From a virus (lineage: Duplodnaviria > Heunggongvirae > Uroviricota > Caudoviricetes): a stretch of 64,000 bases of DNA. Location: IMG/VR virus record IMGVR_UViG_3300042401_002002, one strand, 5' to 3'. This document shows, one piece after another, positions 33,378 through 42,399 of the stretch; position 1 is the first letter of the stretch, and each line of letters begins with the position of its first letter. The notes beneath the pieces were generated by a model. That model saw only the letters and a list, made by a program, of their open reading frames with translations. It did no database searches and was not told the DNA's origin. The position numbers and the translations under genes were made by a program.

Positions 33378-35348
33378 TTAGAATTTAGGTCTGTTATTTA
33401 GTTTATTAGACACATATTTTGATGGGTCATAATTAACTAACTTTTTCATTTTTTTAATTGTATCTTTATCAACTAATTGAGTTGATTCTTTGATAACATA
33501 TACAACTTTATCTTCTTTTTTATTATAGAAGAAATCGAAGTTGTTTAATGTTTCATTTAAATCAGCTTTGATACTATTAGTTTTAGATTCTAATAAAGAA
33601 CCTAGACCTTTATAATTTAATTTATAAACACCTGGTTTTTCTGTATCTTCTTTAGTTGCTTCTGTTAATGAATTAGTTTTAATAGTCACAAAATTATGTC
33701 TATTATTAATATCATAATAAGAAGAAGTTATTGATTCATTTAAACCAGTAAGTTTATCTTTGATTGTTGGTGTTTTACTAAAATCATTGATTTGAGTTTC
33801 AACATCTCTCATTGATTTTCTTTCCATTTCTCTAGCTTTAGCTTTGTCTTTAAGTTTGCTGAATTTTTCTTCACCAATACCTTGTTTAAGTCTATCCCAA
33901 TAAGCTGGTGAAGGTTCGTAACTATAATCTAAGTCTTCAAGACCTCTACCACTATCATTGGTTGTTAAATCATTTTGTTCTTTAGATGGTACAAACTGAA
34001 CTAATTCTTTTGGATTATCTTTAGCGTTGTCACCATCGTAATCATATTCAAAAGGAGTTGGTTCTTCTTGTTTGTCTTTAAAGTAGTTAGCTATTTGACT
34101 GTTAAGAGATTTAATGTCATTAGCAAGACTTTTTTCATTCTCTTTATTGATTTTGTTTATTTGTTGTGTTACTATTGGAACAGCTACTTCGTTAATCATA
34201 TTGTTAGTTGTTTGTGTATCTCCGGTTGGGTTAGTTTGGTTATTAGTTATATTAGGTTGTGTTTCAGTATTACCTGTTATTATAGTTTGGTTATTTGTTT
34301 CTAAAGGTTGTGTGTTATCTACAGAAGTATTAATAGTTTTTGGTTGTAATTTATTTGTATAATCAATTAAATCATCGTTTTCATCTGAAGCTTCTAAACT
34401 ATCATCAATTTCAGAAATCACATATAATTTTAGTGTTTGTTCAAAAATATCGTAATTCTGTTTGATTGTTCTTAAAATTGTTTCCATGTCTAATTCATCT
34501 TGTAATGAATTAACTTTAGTACAAACAAAATTAATGTAGTCATCAGCATCAACTATTAATATATATGTTTCACTTGTTTTATTAAATAAACTAAACAACA
34601 CATTTAGTGTTCCGCCTTTCATTAATTCATGTAAAGCGATTTCTGGTTGAATACCGTTAATTAATTCTATTTTAATATCATCAAATGTTATTGCATCAGG
34701 TGCATCATTGCTTTGAATTATTAAAATATTATTCGGAATACCTTGTTCAGTTTCACCAGGAATAATGTCTTCACTTAATTGAGTTAAGAATTTAGTTTTA
34801 TTATTAATTAGTGGTGTATTAACAACTGTTGCACCAACTGCTTTAATAATAGGTGAAGCAAATTTTCTCCAGTTTTTAACATCTTTAGCAAACGAAGCTG
34901 GTCCAGAAGGAAAGTTATCAACCGCAGATGTATCTGTTTCGTTTACAGCTTGTTTTTCTGGTGTTTCAGCTTTAACTGTTTGAGCAACTTCTTTAGATTG
35001 GTCGATAGCTAATCTTTCTTTAGCTTTTTCAAGTTTTTTATCTTCCAGATTCTTTTTGTTTTTGTGTAAATAATATTTTCTAAGTTTAAGATACCTTTCA
35101 AATAAAACTTTATTACTTCTTACATATTTAAGAAATAACATAGAAAGAATTATCTCGTTAAAGTGGTAACCGAAGACATCCTTACCTCTAGTTTTAATTT
35201 TTTCATATATGTTCTTTAAGAAGTTAACATCAGTAACGATTTGAAGCATCGCTTTTGAGTTAAACAACCTATTTCGACCATACTTACCTTTATTATCATC
35301 AGCTTCTGATAAGGTATCATAAAATTCTTGTAGTTCGTTGATTGTCAT
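33378..35348 (-). CDS. Putative virion/head-associated protein
   Basis: 656 aa with multiple INE/LNE/LSE motifs. The operon is headed by CTATTTA. Confidence 0.55.
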   Translation of the reverse strand: MTINELQEFYDTLSEADDNKGKYGRNRLFNSKAMLQIVTDVNFLKNIYEKIKTRGKDVFGYHFNEIILSMLFLKYVRSNKVLFERYLKLRKYYLHKNKKNLEDKKLEKAKERLAIDQSKEVAQTVKAETPEKQAVNETDTSAVDNFPSGPASFAKDVKNWRKFASPIIKAVGATVVNTPLINNKTKFLTQLSEDIIPGETEQGIPNNILIIQSNDAPDAITFDDIKIELINGIQPEIALHELMKGGTLNVLFSLFNKTSETYILIVDADDYINFVCTKVNSLQDELDMETILRTIKQNYDIFEQTLKLYVISEIDDSLEASDENDDLIDYTNKLQPKTINTSVDNTQPLETNNQTIITGNTETQPNITNNQTNPTGDTQTTNNMINEVAVPIVTQQINKINKENEKSLANDIKSLNSQIANYFKDKQEEPTPFEYDYDGDNAKDNPKELVQFVPSKEQNDLTTNDSGRGLEDLDYSYEPSPAYWDRLKQGIGEEKFSKLKDKAKAREMERKSMRDVETQINDFSKTPTIKDKLTGLNESITSSYYDINNRHNFVTIKTNSLTEATKEDTEKPGVYKLNYKGLGSLLESKTNSIKADLNETLNNFDFFYNKKEDKVVYVIKESTQLVDKDTIKKMKKLVNYDPSKYVSNKLNNRPKF

Positions 35349-35391
35349 TTTATTTTTGTTGTTATTTTAAAAGTTGTTTTTTTTGTTTTAG

Positions 35392-35598
35392 TTATTTAAC
35401 ATCATTAACCCAAAAACTAGATTTATTGTATAAAGCTTTTGTGAAATTAACCAATGCTTTGGCAGCTATTTCTTTCATTGCTTTTTCATTATCTATGTTT
35501 TTATTTTGTGATTTAACTTCCTTTTCAACCATGTCTTTTATTTGAGACAAAATTTCTTTTTTTAGGTTGTTTAAATCAGTCTTGGTAATCTCTGCCAT
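35392..35598 (-). CDS. Small hypothetical late protein
   Basis: 68-aa ORF directly downstream of CTATTTA. Confidence 0.6.
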   Translation of the reverse strand: MAEITKTDLNNLKKEILSQIKDMVEKEVKSQNKNIDNEKAMKEIAAKALVNFTKALYNKSSFWVNDVK

Positions 35599-35675
35599 AA
35601 CATTTTTTAATAAATAGTTTCAGTTTTATAAAAATGTTTGTTTTGTTGAAACCTTTTTGTTGTTAGAATAAAAAC

Positions 35676-35712
35676 AAAAAACCTCTCCTAAAATTAATTA
35701 AGAGAGGTTTTT
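35676..35712. terminator. Member of a conserved bidirectional hairpin terminator family (AAAACCTCTC...GAGAGGTTTT)
   Basis: Related hairpins at about 13639, 14637, 22915, 29386, 42365, 47052, 52798 and 58956, mostly between convergent genes. Confidence 0.75.
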
Positions 35713-37584
35713 ATTTCGTAAAAATAGTTATCGAATCAGATAGAAATCTTTTGTTGGTTAATATCCATTGGTACCAAAAATTATTAAATTTATGATATTG
35801 GTAGTGTTTTATTATGTTAAGTTTCATCTTTTAAATGTTAAAATTTTATTGTAGTATTCTTTTGAACCTGTAAAATCTTCAATATACCACTCATCGTGAT
35901 TATTATCTAATAGTTGATTTCCAACAAACTTCCAGTTATTAGGTATTCTTATAAGTTTCATCTCCAATAAATAATTAATCGGTTTAATCTGAAAGATTCA
36001 TTTCTATTAAGTAATAATATTTCTAAACTACTACTATCATTTATACCTGATATATTCAAAAACCTTAATGTAAATTTTGTGTTTTTAAGTTTCATCTTGG
36101 AAATGTTATTAATTTGTTATGCTTAGTATTATCTATAAGTTCACTAAGACACCAATTTTCAGTTAAATTTTGGAAAACATCTTTTTTCTCGCCAACAAAT
36201 TTCCACTTATGATTAGTTATATTAAGTTTCATCTTGATAACGATATAAGTTGATTATAAAACATTTTATAATCTGTAATAGTTTGAATAAAACTTCTTCC
36301 ATCACTATATATAATATCGAATTTAGTATAAAATTTCTCTCTTTTAAGTTTCATCTCCAGTAAATATAAATTCTATTATGTACTTTATTATTTAAATCAT
36401 AATTAGGTTGAAACTCATTAAACCAATCTTTATTAAATCTGGTTGAATTATTTAGTTGTATTTTCATCTTAGTAATGTTATTATTGTATCATACAAACCA
36501 ATTGTTATTAATTTTTCATACGTAATATAGCCTACTGAAACATTACAGACGAGTTTTAAATTTATATTTGTTCTTACCAATTTCATTTCAATATCTTTTT
36601 AATTTCATTAAAACTAAACGCTGGTGATACATCTGTGTAATTTAAACCAATGTTTGCTCTACAGAAGATACCTTCATACATTTCAACGTTATCTATTGGG
36701 AATATATGTGAAACACAATCACGTTTTATATTGTGTTTAGTTAGTAATTCTTTTAGTAAAACTCTCAATGTAGAATATTGTTCTTTTGTGTAGTTATGCC
36801 ACAAAGTTTGGTCCATGTATTTCTTTCTGAATACTTCATCACTTGGTACCAATACATTATACCAGTTTTCAAAAGTATCATTATCAACTTCTTTCAACCA
36901 ACCTAGATTTTCTAAACAAATTGTTATGTTATAACTATCAATTTTATTAATACCTGTAATCTTGTTATGAAATTTAGTATCCATAAATTGCGTTAAAACA
37001 CCTTCTCTGTTGATTATATAGTGTGGTTGAATAACTTCATGTTGCAAAGATAATCTGTCCGTGTAGTCATGTTCTTTCATCAAAGAATTGATTAACATAA
37101 TTCTATCCTTTGGTGTTTCTTTGGTTGTTATTTCTGGTTTCATCTTGTAAAGGTTATTAGTACATCATTCCACTTATAGTTAATTATAGTTTTTAAACTA
37201 TAATAACCATCTGAATAATTAATATTATTAGTAGTTATTAATTTAGCTATAACTCTGTTTCTTATGTAAAGTTTCATCTTTTTAAAATTGTAATTACATT
37301 AATAAAGGAAGAATATGTTTGTATTATTTCTTCTATTGTCCAAGTTCTTATATTAGAAACATTACCAATTGAATATCCGTAATAATTAAAATCCTCGTTA
37401 GATTTATCATGTTTAGAAATATCATGTATTGTAAGTTTCATGTTAAGTTATAATATCTTGTTTCATCTTTTATAAATATAACTAATTTATTTCTATGTTC
37501 CCAATTATGATTTTTCCATTCTCTAGTTAATACTAACGTATTAATATGAAAATAATGTCCAGTATTTAATATTTTAAGTTTCAT
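35711..37584 (-). repeat. MKL micro-ORF array 5 (10 units around an amidase-like gene)
   Basis: ATGs at 37584, 37441, 37277, 36586, 36467, 36354, 36232, 36095, 35961 and 35827. Confidence 0.88.
36583..37143 (-). CDS. N-acetylmuramoyl-L-alanine amidase-like protein (Amidase_2 fold)
   Basis: PHYIINREG, ITICLENLG, YTKEQY, CVSH and DVSPAF. The first Zn-ligand His is not evident. Confidence 0.7.
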   Translation of the reverse strand: MKPEITTKETPKDRIMLINSLMKEHDYTDRLSLQHEVIQPHYIINREGVLTQFMDTKFHNKITGINKIDSYNITICLENLGWLKEVDNDTFENWYNVLVPSDEVFRKKYMDQTLWHNYTKEQYSTLRVLLKELLTKHNIKRDCVSHIFPIDNVEMYEGIFCRANIGLNYTDVSPAFSFNEIKKILK

Positions 37585-38024
37585 ATCTTATTTCTTTTAA
37601 GTCTTCTAGCACTAACTTCTTTTTGTGTTGTTGCAAAGGTAACATTTTTTTTCCATTTACAAACATATTCTTTATTTATTCTTGTAATTTCTTTTTCATT
37701 TGGTAATGTTACTGTAACTGGTTCTTCTTTTATAACAGCCATAATACCATATATTCTACAAGCTTTTCTTATTTTTTTAAGATAAACAAAATGTATCTCT
37801 GTTCTATGGTATTCATTATCTATAATATAACCTTTACTTTTTAAACCTTTGATATTACCGTTTTTATAGTATTCAGTTATAAATTCAACACCTATTTTAT
37901 ATATTGATGTTAATTTAACTTTTTTGGTGTGTATTTTTTTATTTTCTTTATAACGTATGGTTATTACTATATTCTCATTCTCATCCCATTTGATTGGATG
38001 ATTAACTTTGACTCTTTTATACAT
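37581..38024 (-). CDS. Basic hypothetical protein
   Basis: 147-aa ORF whose stop overlaps the first micro-ORF ATG. Confidence 0.65.
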   Translation of the reverse strand: MYKRVKVNHPIKWDENENIVITIRYKENKKIHTKKVKLTSIYKIGVEFITEYYKNGNIKGLKSKGYIIDNEYHRTEIHFVYLKKIRKACRIYGIMAVIKEEPVTVTLPNEKEITRINKEYVCKWKKNVTFATTQKEVSARRLKRNKI

Positions 38025-38162
38025 ATTTATAATGATTATTTTTATTAATTACAAAATTAATATTATTTTTAATTTAAACAAATAATTTTGTTGATTTATT
38101 GAAACCTTTTATTTAGATTTGCGTTACAATTAGAAATGTTCATATAAACATGTAAAATAGTT

Positions 38163-41100
38163 ATGCAAGAAGAAAAAATGTTATTTAGGTTTTTCAATGA
38201 AAATAACTTGAAACCAACTGATGGTTCCTTCTTTATTGAAGGTGAAAGAGTTGATAATGAAATTATATATAGAATTTGTTTTTCACCTTCAAATAAAAGT
38301 ACAATAAAATATTATGAACACTATTACTATAAATATAACAATGATGTCGTTATAGGTAGTTTACTAGATGTTAGAATGGAAAAATTAAAAATAGTTTTAG
38401 TGTCTAATTGTTATAATCATGATGAATCACTTAAATTACAAATTAACTCATCTGATTTATTAAAATTATTATTGAATAAATTTAGTGATATTATGTGTTC
38501 ACCACCAGGTGAAATAAATGATATTAACGAATTGAGTGATAAATTTTATTATAGTTTAACTTATACTAAAACAAATGAAGAAATTATTCCAACAATTAAA
38601 AGTAAAATAGTTATGCAAAACCAAGAAGAAAAAACTCTGTTAGTTAAAGATGTTGTTAGAGAATTAATGGTTCATGATGGTGAATTTAGTATTGAAAATA
38701 ATAAATATAACACAATATTAAATTTTAAATACAACAACCCAACTGAACAACTTAACAATGATTTAAATTATTTTTTAGGTAATCCTTTTAATGTTAAAAC
38801 AAACATAACGTATGTTCCATATACATTAATAGAAAAAATAAATAATAAAAATTTATTTATAAATATTTTAATATGTGATAAATTAGAACTTGATTTTGAT
38901 GATTTGATTAATTTTCTTGATTCAAATCACGCTATAGATGGATATGATTGGAAGTATTCTATTAAAAACAATGCAAAATTATTAGAATATTTTGAATCAT
39001 CTAAAGATATCGAATATAAAAAGATTTCAATAAAAACTGATGAAGTCCAGATTAATAAATATAAGTTATTTTATATTGAAAATTGTAATCAGTTTTTAAT
39101 AAATGAAAGTAATCAAAATTATTTTTGCGAATATTCATTAAGTTCTTTTCCTAGTAGTAATATTTTAACAATTAAAAAACAATATCATATTCAAAACCAT
39201 GATAATATAACACTATTATCAACCGATTATGAAAATAACCCAGTTAGTACTTGGTTAGATAAAAATGAAGTAATAACACTAAAACCTGCTTTAGGTAATA
39301 TTGGACATCCGGCTTTAGCTGACACTGGACAAAATATTTACAACGATTTCCAACTAATCAAAACCCTTGTTAAAAAATGTAAATTCAACACAACTCAATC
39401 ACCGATAACAACAAAAATAAAACATTTTGTTGTTGATGAAGAGGGTACATTTTATTTATTAGGTGAAGCAGGTGATGTTAATGTTGGTGATGATGTGCTG
39501 GTTTGTACTAAAATGAATGATAGTTATCAATTTAGTAAACAATATTGGAAAGTAGTGTCAAATGACGAAGTGAATCCTACTGTTGGTTTATGTAAACATA
39601 ATGATAAACGTCTAGATGCTCACATGTTACGTAAAAACGTTTATAAAATATATGCATCAACTTCTGATAAGATTTTACATAGTAATACTTATATAATGAA
39701 ATCAAAGTTGTTGGATTATATAAATTATTTAGGTTTTGGTTTTGATGTTAAAGATAGAAGTGCAATTTATTTAAAACAGCATGAAAAATTAGAAACCATA
39801 TTATCGACTAAGAAGATACTAAACATAGATTCAATCCAACCAAAAGAATCATTAACTTTCATTTATAATAATATGTTACATAATTGTGATATAAAAGGGT
39901 TTAAATCACCTAAATTGGTGTTGATTGGTGATAATGAAAATAAAACACATTTAACTAGTGATGCTGATGTTAGAACTAAACATTACAAAGGTGATTTCTA
40001 TTTACTTGAAGACCAGTTTAATGAAAATTGTCAATATTTTGTTGTTGATAACCCTGGTTCACTTAACCATAACCTAATATTTAGACATTCTTATTCTCAA
40101 GTTGATTATGATTGTGTTTCAGGGTATCTTGTATCTTTTGTTAAAGACACACCTTCAAGTAGTACTAGATTGTTTGACCGTAAACTAGTAAAATCAATCA
40201 TAGGTACAACTAATAAAGCATTGGGTGGAAAAATACTAATGAATGCATCTATGATTTTTGAAGTTTTAGATGAATATAGACTTAGTATTAATTTGGAAAC
40301 GTTAGATAGTGGATTACATCAATCTTATTATTTCTTGAATAGATTACTTGATGATTGTTTTGTTAAACCTTTAAATTCAAAAGATGATGATATATTTATT
40401 ACATTTAAGACAGGTTTGAATGGTGAAAATGAAATTAAACTACCTGTTATTGATGGAAAGATAAATTTAAATAAATTTAATCATGTTTCTTTCTTCATTA
40501 AAGATATTATAATTCCTGAAGGTGTTTTACATTTATCTATTAAATCAACAACAATATCTAAGTTGATTTTACCTTCTTCACTTATTAGTTTAGATGCAAC
40601 GCAATGTAAAGATTTATCTGAATTAATCATACCTGATGATTCTAAATTAAAGGAATTAACTATTTCATTTTCTTTATTAACTGATTTGGTTATTAAACAA
40701 ACTTTAGATAAATTAAATATTATTGACAATAATAAATTAGAATCACTTAGTTTATTGGGTTATGTTAAAGACATTAACGCACATAATAATAGTTTAAAAA
40801 CTATTGATTTAGTAGGTGGTTGTGAAGAATTGAATGTTTCACATAATAATTTAACTGAATTAGTAATACCCGATGGTTGTATTAATGTTAACGCTAAAGA
40901 TAACAAACTAACTAATTTGGTTTTATCAAACACAGTTCAAACATTTGATGTTTCTAATAATAATTTACTTAATCTTAAAACAGGTACATCTGTTTTAAAT
41001 TTTAATGCTAATAACAATAAATTAGTTAACGTTAAATTAAATAAAGGATTAACTAATCTTAGTGTTGATAATAATAACATAACCAAGTTAAAATTACCAA

Positions 41101-41294
41101 ATAGTTGTGTTACCGTTTATGCAACAAATAATCCAATTAAAGGGTTAAGATTAGGACAAAGAACAACCGGTATGTATATTAGTAAACGACCTGATTTTGT
41201 TACAATGAATCGAAAAGTATTTGATTACATGTGTAATAAAGACAAAAATGGTAAATTAAACATAGATTTCTTGGTTAAATTAGCAAGTTCTTAA
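38163..41294 (+). CDS. Large protein with C-terminal leucine-rich repeats
   Basis: About 12 repeats of about 20 aa, e.g. LNVSHNNLTELVIP, INVNAKDNKLTNL, LSVDNNNITKLKLP. Confidence 0.75.
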   Translation: MQEEKMLFRFFNENNLKPTDGSFFIEGERVDNEIIYRICFSPSNKSTIKYYEHYYYKYNNDVVIGSLLDVRMEKLKIVLVSNCYNHDESLKLQINSSDLLKLLLNKFSDIMCSPPGEINDINELSDKFYYSLTYTKTNEEIIPTIKSKIVMQNQEEKTLLVKDVVRELMVHDGEFSIENNKYNTILNFKYNNPTEQLNNDLNYFLGNPFNVKTNITYVPYTLIEKINNKNLFINILICDKLELDFDDLINFLDSNHAIDGYDWKYSIKNNAKLLEYFESSKDIEYKKISIKTDEVQINKYKLFYIENCNQFLINESNQNYFCEYSLSSFPSSNILTIKKQYHIQNHDNITLLSTDYENNPVSTWLDKNEVITLKPALGNIGHPALADTGQNIYNDFQLIKTLVKKCKFNTTQSPITTKIKHFVVDEEGTFYLLGEAGDVNVGDDVLVCTKMNDSYQFSKQYWKVVSNDEVNPTVGLCKHNDKRLDAHMLRKNVYKIYASTSDKILHSNTYIMKSKLLDYINYLGFGFDVKDRSAIYLKQHEKLETILSTKKILNIDSIQPKESLTFIYNNMLHNCDIKGFKSPKLVLIGDNENKTHLTSDADVRTKHYKGDFYLLEDQFNENCQYFVVDNPGSLNHNLIFRHSYSQVDYDCVSGYLVSFVKDTPSSSTRLFDRKLVKSIIGTTNKALGGKILMNASMIFEVLDEYRLSINLETLDSGLHQSYYFLNRLLDDCFVKPLNSKDDDIFITFKTGLNGENEIKLPVIDGKINLNKFNHVSFFIKDIIIPEGVLHLSIKSTTISKLILPSSLISLDATQCKDLSELIIPDDSKLKELTISFSLLTDLVIKQTLDKLNIIDNNKLESLSLLGYVKDINAHNNSLKTIDLVGGCEELNVSHNNLTELVIPDGCINVNAKDNKLTNLVLSNTVQTFDVSNNNLLNLKTGTSVLNFNANNNKLVNVKLNKGLTNLSVDNNNITKLKLPNSCVTVYATNNPIKGLRLGQRTTGMYISKRPDFVTMNRKVFDYMCNKDKNGKLNIDFLVKLASS

Positions 41295-41373
41295 AAATAA
41301 TTTAGAATTTATGAAACCTTTTGTTTAGATTTGCGTTAGAATCATTAATTAACGATTTAAATTAATAAGTAAA

Positions 41374-42360
41374 ATGAAAAAAATATTATTTATGTTGTTT
41401 GTTATCCTAGGGATAAGCTTACAAAATGTTATTGCACAAAATGATAGTGTTGTGTTGCCTGATTATATGTATAAATATGAATTTAAACATTATAAAGAAA
41501 AACAATATACAAATCATAGATTAAAAACTAAAAATGAGTATAGTTATGATGAAAAATTGGGGCGAACAGTAATGAAATATTATTATACTATAGATAATAA
41601 AAAACCTGTAAGAGTTGAGAATACCGTTTCATATAATAACACATGTAATTGGTGGTATATAAAGCAGTCTATGGTTTATTCAATTGAAAGTAATATAGTT
41701 GGGAGTTATTGTATTAATGATGATGAATGTATTATTTTTGTTAAAACAATGGAGTTTTATAAATTTAGGTATTCTGATAGTTCCATAACCTATGTCGGTG
41801 ATTTGTCTGAATCAGGTTTATTTAATGAAACAATTAATTATAATCGTAATGAGACAATTAAAGAAGTTGAAGATGTAATCAATAAAAACCCTAATAGTGG
41901 GCAACCATCTAGTGAAACTCTTGAAATTTATTACAAGTTTCGTGGTGTAAGAAATATTCAAATAGGTAGAATGGAGTCAGGGAATTTAACATATATTGAT
42001 GGTGTTTGGTTTTTATCATTTCAATATTATGATTTTACTAAACCGCTTAATGATGGTACTGAAATATTACTTAGGAGTATTGATAATATGAAAACTTGGA
42101 CTAGGAGTAAAGTTTATTTAAATTATATGTATAAGCAGTATGATGTAAATTTGAAAAAATTTATACCTTTCTTATTAACTTTTGAAAATAATGATGGTCA
42201 TTTGACAAATATATATAAAATTAATAACGTTATTTATTTTAGTGACATAGAAAATGTTATTTACAAATCTGTTGATAACGGTAACATATTTAAGTTATAT
42301 AAAATTTTCAAACCGTTCCCTACACCTGTAGTGCCAACTTTTGAGAATACAAATCATTAA
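41374..42360 (+). CDS. Secreted protein with Asp-box (BNR-like) motifs
   Basis: Signal peptide MKKILFMLFVILGISLQNVIAQ, plus RSIDNMKTW and KSVDNGNIF. Confidence 0.6.
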   Translation: MKKILFMLFVILGISLQNVIAQNDSVVLPDYMYKYEFKHYKEKQYTNHRLKTKNEYSYDEKLGRTVMKYYYTIDNKKPVRVENTVSYNNTCNWWYIKQSMVYSIESNIVGSYCINDDECIIFVKTMEFYKFRYSDSSITYVGDLSESGLFNETINYNRNETIKEVEDVINKNPNSGQPSSETLEIYYKFRGVRNIQIGRMESGNLTYIDGVWFLSFQYYDFTKPLNDGTEILLRSIDNMKTWTRSKVYLNYMYKQYDVNLKKFIPFLLTFENNDGHLTNIYKINNVIYFSDIENVIYKSVDNGNIFKLYKIFKPFPTPVVPTFENTNH

Positions 42361-42399
42361 ATAAAAAATCTCTCTTAAAATTAATTAAGAGAGATTTTA

